From NCBI GenBank assembly GCA_964575925.1, contig CAZNTR010000003.1, forward strand, positions 1,687 to 65,686: 64,000 nt of DNA. Reading direction: 5' to 3'. A program made the translations under genes and the position numbers. This document shows, piece by piece, positions 32,501 to 40,641 of this stretch. Numbering within the stretch: position 1 is the first letter of the stretch; each line of letters opens with the position of its first letter. The stretch comes from an uncultured Chitinophagales bacterium. Lineage in GTDB: Bacteria > Bacteroidota > Rhodothermia > Balneolales > M1805. The notes beneath the pieces were generated by a model, which saw only the letters and a list, made by a program, of their open reading frames with translations, searched no databases and was not told where the DNA came from.

Positions 32501-33858
32501 TGCAAAATTTTGATGTGAATTATGGACATGGTGAAACTTCTACACAAAACGGATATGCAGGAAATTCATCCATTTTTAACATGTTTAAAACTTCCGCTGA
32601 TGGAAATTCATTTTCGCCACCGTTTACGTATCGAGTTGGTATAAAGCGCATGTTAAATGATGTGGTTACCAATCCATTTGAACAACAAAGTTGGAATATA
32701 ACAATGAATGAAACCTTTCAAGATAATTTTACGATGTCTTCGAAATTTCAACCGTTTAAGAATTTTTCGATGGATTTAGATTGGAATTTCGGATGGAATA
32801 GAAGCGTATCTCGATTATTAATATTAGATCCTTTAAGTAATGAAGGTGAAAATCAAATAAATGAAACGGGTGATATAAGCGCTAGTGTTTGGGCTTTTGG
32901 TGGGGATTTTTCACAATTCTTTAGAAGTCAATTACAAAGAGGTTTAGATGATTATAACGCAACAGATAGAGTTATTTCTGATGTAAATGGAAATGGTGAT
33001 GGTTTAACTATCTTAGATCGCGATGCTATTCAGAAAGATTTTGTTCAGACTTATTTAGCCAATACAGGTTCTGGTTTTGGTAAAAATGGGTATATGCCAT
33101 TTCCACTACCAAACTGGAAAGTAAACTGGTCTGGTTTGGAAGATTTATTCCCGTTTATATCCGATTACGTTTCGCGGATAACCCTAAATCACTCCTATAG
33201 CGGAAGTTATCGTACAAGTTGGAAATTTAATCCTAATTTTGATGAAGAAATAAGTTCGCCACTTTTTCAACAATCAACTATTAAAGTAAGTACTAAAATT
33301 CAGGAATACGAAGCATCAACTTTAACTATTGATCGCCGATTTATGCCTGTAATTGGGCTAAATATTACATGGAAAAATAATGTAAGTACACGATTGCAGT
33401 ATGATTATTCAAAGTTGTTAACAATGAGTACTTCAAACCCAACAATGACAGAAAAAACATCTCAAGGATTTAAGTTTACAGGAACATGGCAGAAGAGGGG
33501 ATTTCGATTGCCGTTTTTCAATAAGTTGAGAAATACTTTAGATTTATCGGTTTCGGCAAGTTATTATGAAGAAGCAAATTTACGTCGCCAATTTACTGCT
33601 GTTTTAGCAAATAGTTTGGTTGATGGATTATCATCAACTAATGTGGATGATTATGATTTTGTTGATAATTCGGATTTAGGTGTTGTGGGTGATACTCGAA
33701 TAAAATTGACAGGTTTGGTAGGTTATCAATTCTCTAGTATGGTTAAAGCGAATTTTGAGTACACCTATGACCATGCAATTCCTAAATCTACGCAGACTTT
33801 TGAGAGAGTTACACAGAATATTCGTTTTAATGTGATTGTTACAATACGTTCAAACTAA
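26518..33858 (+). CDS. sprA: Type IX secretion system translocon SprA (Sov)
   Basis: 2446 aa with an N-terminal signal peptide. Size and beta-rich composition fit the giant SprA outer-membrane barrel of FCB bacteria. It contains a K/E-rich low-complexity insert (about aa 1920-1980). Confidence 0.85.
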   Translation: MVIRNKFLRTFPIIFFIALGYNYASAQQREIDTTLVTVMPEKLYDRSVFVSKPRPSYTSPFRRRRSGLVELATAQPKIEIKYDSQTGEYSVFQTIDGVPIGEPVCLSLQEFTELTRESFKNESLTKLAQTANNRRQNQQGLIDFKFSVPGGKESVFTTIFGKPEVNLRVTGTANMNVGAAIQRDENPSVPEDQRQRVDPTFEQNLKLNIQGGIGDKLTINTDWDTERPFDYQNRLRIAYTGYEDEIIKSIELGNVGMETGNSLISGGQALFGIKSVAQLGALKVTSVISQKEGTGNSKSIDGGSTEETFKLNPTDYEDDRHFYIDYFTYDRYDEALGNPINQIALYNINQLVVYKLNLGTQRNDNFVQGLAISDLGVVKNRITGRFEMPNTDTDEIADEYLEEIRTATLDTIDVVSVANRLGIESQNVVKGFWIPLQLNVDYTYDKTLGTISLLNSALQSNEALAIAFQNQVGSKIEEVGDVNVLGEQILILKLIRQQNINPQSTTWDLTMRNVYSLGPSNISSDGFVFNLYFTGSNVPLENIPGIPANLLQLLGLDRVNLNREITPDNLIDFSTGVIDGVGGKIYFPYTKPFGERIIQIIEESAIADKDKAKEEWSFPELYKIKQGVAKQESKRNLFEMSGTVKGGTSGSFYLGYALVEGSVKVFANGIELQEGLDFEVDYSIGNVYITNTRYLAKGQQIKVDYESNNIVQIQQTTFTGVRGEYQVNDNIKFGATYFNLKDNPLTDKIRIGDEPINNSVYGFDAKAKFEVPWLTKALDFFPLIETKAPSSINFSGEFAQLKPGVAQTNAVQAAIDANRLYPDEEQGVSFIDEFEGSKTSFNFASPTRWSLAAAPAAIPGYDTDLELAPTSLLSKIERSDMRSQFAWYTIPINVSSIIDVPRTRETRLIQVSDVFDRQTLQQDNFLNTLDIYYNPTNRGQYNYNRQLKKLLENESEKTWGGMTTTLPQGLENLTLNNIEFIEFWVQPIIPDSILKNGSNASVAIKEDYNGKIYIDLGTISEDVIPNFSSNNEDGLAQGGAANLNEDQQGGIPPRSLVLRRPIDYDGQFSINSLNDEDVGLDGIPNNVGLGDYNETDFFEDFVASVQQQYGTNHAVTQAVFEDPSNDDYYYWAESAYEGKSLQERFLRMFGYSEENSRTTGEKRAITNRPDAEGLIIPTAPNTRDSYYQYEIDLNPADPNSLSKDLPYIVDITEDRNEGSNWYQIRIPLETFKRKFGDVQDFQSVTHMRFWMSGYKKPFTLRFATFELVGSQWRKAEAVGNIGNLSTDFFVSTINVEENKSRRPVPYVTPTGAIRSINRTQQGNLLANEQSLSLQVNDLRGGDLRMIRRNFTGGMNLINYTNLRMYVHAEGFDRRGQAELVVRIGRDLEREYYEYRQPLTPSDTSYFVSLPRDYEEALQEEIEQRVWLPEENAMNIVLSSLNSIKQLRNLAGVDPSVTYYDSTLVKDAPPGTRIGIKGNPSLQSISEIGIGVMNPARLISDGSAQNIYLKQSLDAIIWVNELRVSGFDNAEGWAANASANVQLADLGAINGKILTSRAGYGSLDSRLGNRQRADRLQYDFGTTFNVHKLLPQKYGWNIPIGFNYNNSLSTPQFLPREGDIRLSDFTDAVRSQDVPILVQDSLISSKLREVQDFSERTSFTLSNLSKRNSDWKILQYTLDNLNTNYSYSQEKRRNVNDIYKDSWNFNAGMSFSYTFKKVDLLRPFWFVEDISWLSMLYDFQLGYMPSSINMSGTLARSYQEWQRRSLDATLLPILQTHQFDFNQTIGFAYNLTPTIPISFSSNSKYFLNSAGEVRNSDDLTQPFELIPTFKALENVFNTDSTGVRQESYSENYGISWRPQINKIKALNWLSYTTTYRGGFRWQNSPQGSNQGASIGNSYNLDQNMSIKIQEIFKKIPIYDDLKKADDKESRERARIAAAEKRKKENEKRLELMRQKNPNAVKNAAKPSSKAEEKKEENREGNLLYLGRKLGLALFSMQNFDVNYGHGETSTQNGYAGNSSIFNMFKTSADGNSFSPPFTYRVGIKRMLNDVVTNPFEQQSWNITMNETFQDNFTMSSKFQPFKNFSMDLDWNFGWNRSVSRLLILDPLSNEGENQINETGDISASVWAFGGDFSQFFRSQLQRGLDDYNATDRVISDVNGNGDGLTILDRDAIQKDFVQTYLANTGSGFGKNGYMPFPLPNWKVNWSGLEDLFPFISDYVSRITLNHSYSGSYRTSWKFNPNFDEEISSPLFQQSTIKVSTKIQEYEASTLTIDRRFMPVIGLNITWKNNVSTRLQYDYSKLLTMSTSNPTMTEKTSQGFKFTGTWQKRGFRLPFFNKLRNTLDLSVSASYYEEANLRRQFTAVLANSLVDGLSSTNVDDYDFVDNSDLGVVGDTRIKLTGLVGYQFSSMVKANFEYTYDHAIPKSTQTFERVTQNIRFNVIVTIRSN

Positions 33859-33878
33859 GACTGAAATTTTATGTTTAC

Positions 33879-33955
33879 TTTTTCGCATTTTTGCACGAGA
33901 CTGAATAAAGACGGAAGTCTTTGTTTTCGCATTTTCGCACGAGACTGAAGTCTCG
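33879..33955. terminator. Tandemly duplicated ~27-bp module, each copy followed by a tetraloop hairpin, between convergent sprA and trkH
   Basis: TTTTCGCATTTTTGCACGAGACTGAA (33880-33905) and TTTTCGCATTTTCGCACGAGACTGAA (33924-33949). Hairpins are AAAGAC-ggaa-GTCTTT (33907-33922) and CGAGAC-tgaa-GTCTCG (33940-33955). Confidence 0.55.
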
Positions 33956-33968
33956 CGCTAAATTTTAT

Positions 33969-35555
33969 TTATTCTCTCCAGAATTTTGGGCTGAATAAAA
34001 TTAAAACGGTAAATAACTCCAATCTTCCAATCATCATGGCAAAGGATAAAACCCATTTCCCTAAAGTTGGAATAGATGCGAAATTATCTGTTGGCCCGTA
34101 GGATGCAAAACCAGGACCAATATTCCCTAAGCAAGCTATACTCGCTCCAATGGATGACATAAAGTCGATATTTAGTAGGGCTAAAATAACCGCAACGGTG
34201 ACAAAAATAAACAAGTATAGTATGAAAAAGCTTAAAACAGTTCTTATAACCGCTGGTTCAACCGTATAACTTCCAATCCGAACTGGTAAAATTGCTTTTG
34301 GGTGAAGTGTTTGGGTGATTTCCTTAAATGAATTTCGGATTAAAATTAACCAACGAATCATTTTTACACCACCGCCAGTTGAGCCTGCGCACCCTCCTGT
34401 GAAGAACAATAAGACTAAAACAATAAATGCAACAGTCGGCCAACTATCATAATCAGCCGTTCCGAAACCTGTAGTTGTTATTATTGAAATGGTTTGAAAA
34501 CCACCGTAACGAAAAGAATCTCCTAGACTTAAGCCACTCTGCCAGAAAAGTGATAAACTGATTACAATTACAGAAGCAATGCTAACTAAAGTATAAAATC
34601 GAAGCTCTCTGTTCGATAAAAACGCATCAAATTTTCCCGTCAATATTCTATAATGAAGTGCAAAGTTAATACCAGCTAAAAACATGAAAATAATAATGAT
34701 CACATCAATATAGACGGAATTAAAATCGGCAACGCTTCCATTTTTGGTTGAGAAGCCACCTGTGGCCATGGTAGCAAATGCGTGATTTATTGCATCAAAC
34801 CAATCCATTGAGGGATGAATCCAGAGCAAAAGAAATTCAACCAAGGTGAAACCAGCATAAACAACCCACAATAATTTCGCTGTATTCTGAACTCGAGGCG
34901 TTAATTTATCAGCAGTTGGACCTGGAGTTTCAGCTTGAAACAATTGCATTCCACCGAAACCTAATAAGGGCAAAATGGCGATAGAAAGCACAATAATACC
35001 CATTCCACCTAACCAATGAGCTAAAGATCGCCAAAATAATAATGATTTAGGAAGCATTTCTATGTCAGGATTTTTTTGACCCAAATCGGTTACGCCACCA
35101 AAAATTGTTGCACCTGTTGTGGTTAGCCCACTCATAGTTTCAAAAAAAGCATCCGTATAACTACTTAATACATTGGTTAGTAAAAAAGGAAGGGCGCCAA
35201 CCGCAGATAAACCCAGCCAAGTTAAACTTACAATTAAAAAAGCTTCTCTGTTTTTTAACTCTCTTTTAGGTTTGAAAATATAAAACAGACTACCTCCCAA
35301 AATAAAAGAGATTAAAGCAGATATTAAAAATGCCATCCAAGTGTCTTCTTGATAAATGAAATCGATAATCATTGGGAGTAGAAGAGCAAATCCCATGAAA
35401 AAAATAAAGGCTCCAACTACACCAAAAACAATCCCGAAGTCGAAGGTTAAGTGCAATTGTTTTGAAATGGCAATGCTACTAAAAGATCCATTTTTTTTCA
35501 GTTTTGAAAAGACACGTGCAAATAAAAGGTGAAAAGAAGATTCAGTGAGTTTCAA
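33969..35555 (-). CDS. trkH: TrkH/KtrB-family potassium uptake protein
   Basis: 528-aa polytopic protein with repeated M1-P-M2 motifs (TTTGAT, TTTGFG, GGSTGGGVK). Confidence 0.9.
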   Translation of the reverse strand: MKLTESSFHLLFARVFSKLKKNGSFSSIAISKQLHLTFDFGIVFGVVGAFIFFMGFALLLPMIIDFIYQEDTWMAFLISALISFILGGSLFYIFKPKRELKNREAFLIVSLTWLGLSAVGALPFLLTNVLSSYTDAFFETMSGLTTTGATIFGGVTDLGQKNPDIEMLPKSLLFWRSLAHWLGGMGIIVLSIAILPLLGFGGMQLFQAETPGPTADKLTPRVQNTAKLLWVVYAGFTLVEFLLLWIHPSMDWFDAINHAFATMATGGFSTKNGSVADFNSVYIDVIIIIFMFLAGINFALHYRILTGKFDAFLSNRELRFYTLVSIASVIVISLSLFWQSGLSLGDSFRYGGFQTISIITTTGFGTADYDSWPTVAFIVLVLLFFTGGCAGSTGGGVKMIRWLILIRNSFKEITQTLHPKAILPVRIGSYTVEPAVIRTVLSFFILYLFIFVTVAVILALLNIDFMSSIGASIACLGNIGPGFASYGPTDNFASIPTLGKWVLSFAMMIGRLELFTVLILFSPKFWRE

Positions 35556-35660
35556 GATGATTTTTAATTAATAAAAAGCAGTTAATTTATTGAAATGAAA
35601 AAGAAATTAGAAATAAAGATACACTAAAATTTTGCATCAATAATGTTAGGTTTTAAGGGT

Positions 35661-35758
35661 GACTCCTCTCCAAAAAGTCGATTCTTTCGGTTTACACCCT
35701 TCAAAATCCTACCAATTCGACGAATATATTGCTAAAAATGAATTTTTGGAGTACGCTC
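35661..35758 (+). repeat. Dispersed 98-bp TIR repeat, copy 2 (subfamily A)
   Basis: GACTCCTCTCCAAAAAGTCGATTCTTTCGG...AATTTTTGGAGTACGCTC. Flanks are AAGGGT and AAGAGT (5 of 6 identical). Lies in the trkA-trkH spacer, antisense to both genes. Confidence 0.85.
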
Positions 35759-36061
35759 AAGAGTATTTTTGTCAAATAGATGGTACATCAAAATTTAAGT
35801 TGTACTCAAAAAGGGATTTTATGAGTTTGATTCTTTTTATAAGACTAGTCATGGTTTTTATAAGAAATGCACTTTTGAGCCTGCGTCAAAAAGCCAATTA
35901 GGGAGTTTTTAGCCCTTGGCAATTTACTAGAAACCCCGATGGTTTTGCTAAAATATCATTTCTATAATTTTCTTACGAGAGAACAAGCGAAAAAGTGAAA
36001 ATAAAACCAAAAAAACTTAATTCCAATACCTTTAAATGTTCATGAAAAAAAAATGGAATTT

Positions 36062-37411
36062 TTAATTAAAACAGCTGGTTAGTTCGTCAATTGCATCGGG
36101 AAGTGCAAATATGATTACTCTATCATTTTCTCTAATTATAGTGCTACCAACGGCAATATCAGCTTTGTCTCCACAAATAATGCCACCTACTACAACATTT
36201 CTTGGAAACTTTAATTGGCTCAATGGCTTATTGATCACTTTTGAGTTGGAGGTTGCGACTAATTCTAAAACTTCAGCTTCAATTCCATGTAAGGCGGTTA
36301 CAGAAACCACTCGGCCTTGACGAACATAACGGTGAATTTCATTTGAAACAGATTGTTTAACATTTACAGCGGCATCCAAACCAATAGTTTGACTCAATGG
36401 GATATAACTAGGTTTTGAAACAAGTGCTACGGTTTTTCTAACTTCTAAGTGTTTGGCCATCAAGCAACTAATGATATTCGATTCTTCATCGTTCGTTACA
36501 GAAATAAAAGCATCCATATCGTTGATTCCTTCAGTGACTAATAAATCGGGATCTGCTGGATTACCATTAAGTACTAAAACATCGTGAAGTTTGTTTGCTA
36601 AAAAAGTTGCTTTATCTAAATCGGGTTCTATAAGTTTTATTCGCCAATCGCGAGTGTCATTCATGAGCATTTCTGCAATCATTTCACCAATTGCCGTTCC
36701 ACCTGCAATCATAACTCGACTTAAACTTTTTTCATTGTGCCCTGTGCTTCGAACGATTGCTTTTACATCAGCTGTTTTTGCTAAAACAAATATTTGATCG
36801 TTTTTTTGAAGTTTGGTTTCCCCTTTCGGAATAACAGTCATTCCACCACGATGAATGGCAACTACTCTAAATTTGACAATATCAAGTTCTTTTGTGTATT
36901 CAATCATTGTTTTTCCCAAAATAGGACAGGTTTTATCGAGCTTTATACCTACTAATTGCATTTTTTTATCAGCAATATTTAGTACATCGGAGGCGGCAGC
37001 CCTTTTTAATAATTGAACTATGTCTAGTGCCACAGAATATTCTGGATGAATAACAACATCAATTCCTAAATCGGAAGGTTTGATAGGCGAATCGGGAGAG
37101 GTTAACTCATTTGAGCGGACTCGGGCAATTACTTTCTTAACGCCTAGACGCTTACTCATCATGGATGCAATCATATTCACTTCATCAATACTTGTAGCTG
37201 CTACAACAATGTCAGCATCAGGAACGCCTGCTTTAACTAAGTCTTTCCCAGAAGTCGCATTACCTTCAATGGCTAACACATCTAATTTTTCTTGAACACG
37301 GGCTAATGCTTCTTTATCGCGGTCGAGAATTGTAACATCGTGATGATGTGTGGAGAGCAGAGCTCCGAGATAATAGCCGACTTCTCCGGCACCGATAATA
37401 ACAATCTTCAC
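36062..37411 (-). CDS. trkA: Trk system potassium uptake protein TrkA (tandem RCK/NAD-binding domains)
   Basis: MKIVIIGAGEVG Rossmann motif, a second one at VMIAGGTAIG, 449 aa. Confidence 0.9.
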   Translation of the reverse strand: MKIVIIGAGEVGYYLGALLSTHHHDVTILDRDKEALARVQEKLDVLAIEGNATSGKDLVKAGVPDADIVVAATSIDEVNMIASMMSKRLGVKKVIARVRSNELTSPDSPIKPSDLGIDVVIHPEYSVALDIVQLLKRAAASDVLNIADKKMQLVGIKLDKTCPILGKTMIEYTKELDIVKFRVVAIHRGGMTVIPKGETKLQKNDQIFVLAKTADVKAIVRSTGHNEKSLSRVMIAGGTAIGEMIAEMLMNDTRDWRIKLIEPDLDKATFLANKLHDVLVLNGNPADPDLLVTEGINDMDAFISVTNDEESNIISCLMAKHLEVRKTVALVSKPSYIPLSQTIGLDAAVNVKQSVSNEIHRYVRQGRVVSVTALHGIEAEVLELVATSNSKVINKPLSQLKFPRNVVVGGIICGDKADIAVGSTIIRENDRVIIFALPDAIDELTSCFN

Positions 37412-37644
37412 TTTACAAATGGGTTAATTTGGCCAAAGTTTACAAGAAATCTGAACAAATGAAAATACTTTAGAATATTTAATGGAGCTAGGTGAGAATG
37501 AAAGTAGAAAAGTTTAGAGACAAGTTGCATTTATAGGTTTAAATACTCGGCAAATTCAACAAAAAAACATCAAAAGTGTTATATCCATGTTTTTTGAGAT
37601 TGATTAAACTAAGTCTGATTAATTAATCACTTAATTTAAATAAC

Positions 37645-39843
37645 ATGAAGTTTATCGTTACAATACTCCTCGTTTTAATAAGCGTTACTTTGGCATTTTC
37701 TCAAACTAAATGGCAACGAATTGACGGGCCAGAAACAGAAACCGTTCAAACTATTTTTAAAGATCCCGTTTCTGGGAAGTTTTTTGCATCAGTTAAGTAT
37801 CAAACCTATTCCTATTATTTAACACAGCCAGTTTCAACAATTTACTCCTCAGATGATGGAATAAATTGGACTCCATTAATCATTAAAACAAAAGAAGGTG
37901 CATCTACCGATTTAACGAATTTACATGTAAGGATACATAAATTTATTCGATATAAAGATGCATTAATGGGTTTTGGGAATTTTAGTATTGCTTCATTAGA
38001 TAATGGCGAAACGTGGTATAGTATAGGAGCTAGTGGAACTTGGCCAACTATTGTTGGTGATACTTTGTTTAGTACAGAATACTCATCAAAATATTTCTAT
38101 AAAACAGGGTTTACTGATTATACGACAAGAATAACGGATTCTCCATTAAATGATTTACTTTCAAATTATGTTCTCAGTAATATGGCGGAAAGTAAAGGGA
38201 ATTTAATTGTTGCGAATAGAGGTCAAGGCACAAATGTTGGAATTGTTTATTCTGAAGATTATGGCAGAACATTTGAAATGGCCACTTTTGCAAATCCTCA
38301 ATATGGGAGAGAAGTATCATCGTTTTACTCAACTGATACCGCTATTTATGGCGTTTATCATTCTATAACTGAATCAAGTATTATCAATTCTACGGACGGT
38401 GGAAAAAATTGGAATATTTTATCCAATACACCAACAGGAACTGGAGTTGGTTCAACAAATGGGATTATTCATGGGTTTGATCAAAAATTGTTTGTTTCTA
38501 CGATTAATGGATTATATCGATCAGAAGATGGGGGCTTAACATGGTCAAGTACTTTATTAACAGAACCTGTAATCAATGATTTGTATTCAGCTGGATCCAC
38601 TTTATTCGTTGCTGCTAATAATGGAATTTATCGTTCAGAAGATTATGGAGTAACCTTTACCAAAGCTAATATGGGAATGTTTGGTGGCTATTTTACAAAT
38701 GGATTTGTAAATGAAGAAGGGAAACTCAATTTTGTAACAACTGGTGGAGAGGTTTTCGAAACAGATGATGAACAAAGTTCATGGAAATTGTTAAATCCAG
38801 AAAGAACGTTTAACAATATTAAAGGGTTTCATAAACTCGGTTCAAAATACATTCTTACTGGCGGTAATTATTTGAGAGCTTCCACATATTATAAAAACGA
38901 AAGTGAAACTGAATGGACGTTTAACTATCCTTCGACTGTAAATGCGGCCTATTTAGGTTTTGCTCAAACATCTAACTCTGTTACGTTTAATAATACAGTT
39001 TGGATGTATTGGGAAGTCCTATTTCTTGGTCCAAAAGCGATTTTTACAGCAACTGAATCTTCAGATTGGGCAGAAACTATAACCACTTTGCCTGCAACAA
39101 ATGTTAAAAAATTCATTACTACCGATACAACTCTTTTTGCCATTCTTGTCAATGATGGACTTTATTCACGAACCAAATCGAGTGATTGGTGGTTTAAAAG
39201 AAATTCACATACAAATGGTTTTTGCGTGGATCGAGATAATTGGTATTCTTTTGGGTCAGATTCAATTTATGCTTCAATTGATGCAGGATCGAACTGGAAA
39301 GGTGTTTCGATAAAACCAAATACCCAAAATACGATTAATAGTTTAGTTGAAGTTGATGGCCGCTATTTTATTTTGGATAACTTTAATAAAATTCTATCTA
39401 CCTCAATAGATACCATGAAAACGTGGGAAAGTCATTATGCTACAGGTGAAGACAATATTGATATACTATTTGGTCACTTAAACGGAAAAGTTTATGCTGC
39501 ATCTTCCGAAAAAACAGGATTATATGTTTATGGAGAAGCTCCTGTTACTCGAATAGATTCAGAAGTAAATACGAATCCTGAAAGAATTCAATTAGAGCAG
39601 AATTATCCAAAACCATTTAACCCATCAACAACAATTCGTTTTAGTTTAAACAAACCTAGTTTTGTTTCTCTCGAAGTTTTTGATGTTCTTGGAAATAGAG
39701 TTAAGCAACTAGTGGAAGCAAATTTAAGCACTGGGAAACATGAAGTTCAGTTTGATGCAAATCAGCTTTCAAGTGGACTTTATTTCTATCGTTTGCAAGT
39801 TGGAAATTTTGTTGAAACAAAGAAAATGCTTTTAAGTAAATAA
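37645..39843 (+). CDS. Secreted BNR/Asp-box repeat protein with a T9SS C-terminal sorting domain
   Basis: Signal peptide, then at least 8 Asp-box motifs (SxDxGxTW-like: SSDDGINW, SLDNGETW, STDGGKNW, SEDGGLTW, SEDYGVTF, SIDAGSNW...). The C-terminus NYPKPFNPSTTIRFSL...GLYFYRLQVGNFVETKKMLL is a T9SS type A CTD. Confidence 0.85.
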   Translation: MKFIVTILLVLISVTLAFSQTKWQRIDGPETETVQTIFKDPVSGKFFASVKYQTYSYYLTQPVSTIYSSDDGINWTPLIIKTKEGASTDLTNLHVRIHKFIRYKDALMGFGNFSIASLDNGETWYSIGASGTWPTIVGDTLFSTEYSSKYFYKTGFTDYTTRITDSPLNDLLSNYVLSNMAESKGNLIVANRGQGTNVGIVYSEDYGRTFEMATFANPQYGREVSSFYSTDTAIYGVYHSITESSIINSTDGGKNWNILSNTPTGTGVGSTNGIIHGFDQKLFVSTINGLYRSEDGGLTWSSTLLTEPVINDLYSAGSTLFVAANNGIYRSEDYGVTFTKANMGMFGGYFTNGFVNEEGKLNFVTTGGEVFETDDEQSSWKLLNPERTFNNIKGFHKLGSKYILTGGNYLRASTYYKNESETEWTFNYPSTVNAAYLGFAQTSNSVTFNNTVWMYWEVLFLGPKAIFTATESSDWAETITTLPATNVKKFITTDTTLFAILVNDGLYSRTKSSDWWFKRNSHTNGFCVDRDNWYSFGSDSIYASIDAGSNWKGVSIKPNTQNTINSLVEVDGRYFILDNFNKILSTSIDTMKTWESHYATGEDNIDILFGHLNGKVYAASSEKTGLYVYGEAPVTRIDSEVNTNPERIQLEQNYPKPFNPSTTIRFSLNKPSFVSLEVFDVLGNRVKQLVEANLSTGKHEVQFDANQLSSGLYFYRLQVGNFVETKKMLLSK

Positions 39844-39951
39844 AATTCTAAAATTTGTGAACTAGCGATTTGATTTTTAAGGGTTTAAAAGAAATGTCCT
39901 TAGATTACAAATGGCTAGAAAGCAAAAATTCTTTACGTAAAGTTCAATAAA

Positions 39952-39992
39952 AACAATTCAGCTAGATTCCTATCGGAATTGTTTTTTATTTT
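39952..39992 (+). terminator. Candidate rho-independent terminator
   Basis: AACAATTC, a 16-nt loop, GAATTGTT, then TTTTTATTTT. Lies about 110 nt after the stop codon of the BNR gene. Confidence 0.45.
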
Positions 39993-40024
39993 GCTTAATC
40001 AAATGACAAGAAATTTGTTTAAGC

Positions 40025-40534
40025 ATGAAAAATAATAAAAAGTTTATTAGTACTTATCTTATTCACCTTTTTCGTATGTAAAGAATTAAGTGCGCAAGAA
40101 GTGTTATCCCTAAATGAAAATGAAGAATCGGCAACTGCAAAACTTTCTGATATTAAATGGCTTATTGGTTTTTGGCAGGGAAGTAGTTTAGGCGGCTATT
40201 GTGAAGAATTATGGATGCCAGAAAAGGATGGTTCTTTGCAAGGTATTTTTCGTCTCACAGAAAAAGATACGTTACATTTTTCTGAATACATGCACTTAAT
40301 CGAAGAAAATGGAAGTCTGATAGTGAAACTAAAACACTTTAACGTGATCTAAGTCCTTGGGAAGAAAAAGATGAATAGACTTCATTTAAACTTGTGAAAA
40401 TTGAAGGTCAAACTTCTTATTTCCATGGACTTACGTACAGTAGAAATGGAGATAAATTAATGATTTATTTGAGACTTAAGTCAAATGATAAAACTTGGAT
40501 TGAAGAGTTTCAACTACAAAAGACAACTTTATAA
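40025..40534 (+). pseudogene. Small secreted protein (DUF6265-like, from recollection) inactivated by three lesions
   Basis: The ATG at 40025 is out of frame with the signal peptide (KIIKSLLVLILFTFFVCKELSAQE). Deleting one A from the A5 run at 40028-40032 restores the frame. A second frameshift sits near 40340-40343 (HFN|RDLSPWEEKDE). An in-frame TAG at 40376-40378 sits where Trp is expected (DE*TSFKLVKIEG...). The C-terminal piece reads through to the TAA at 40532-40534. Confidence 0.55.
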
Positions 40535-40641
40535 AAATCGAAATAGTAAGATTTTTTTACTTATATATATTTTTTTGCTATATATCCTAAAATATCATAA
40601 ACAAAACTACAGTTGAGAAAAAAAACAATTAAGATTTGAAT

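Noticed and set aside
35659-35901. ORF-track entries that start in or run through repeat copies (35659..35901 +, 57027..57218 +, 2407..2667 -, 45644..45868 +)
   Set aside because: Each owes its start or most of its length to the repeat sequence. They have no recognisable domains and overlap true genes or their starts (GH5, mutS). I treat them as artefacts of the repeat.
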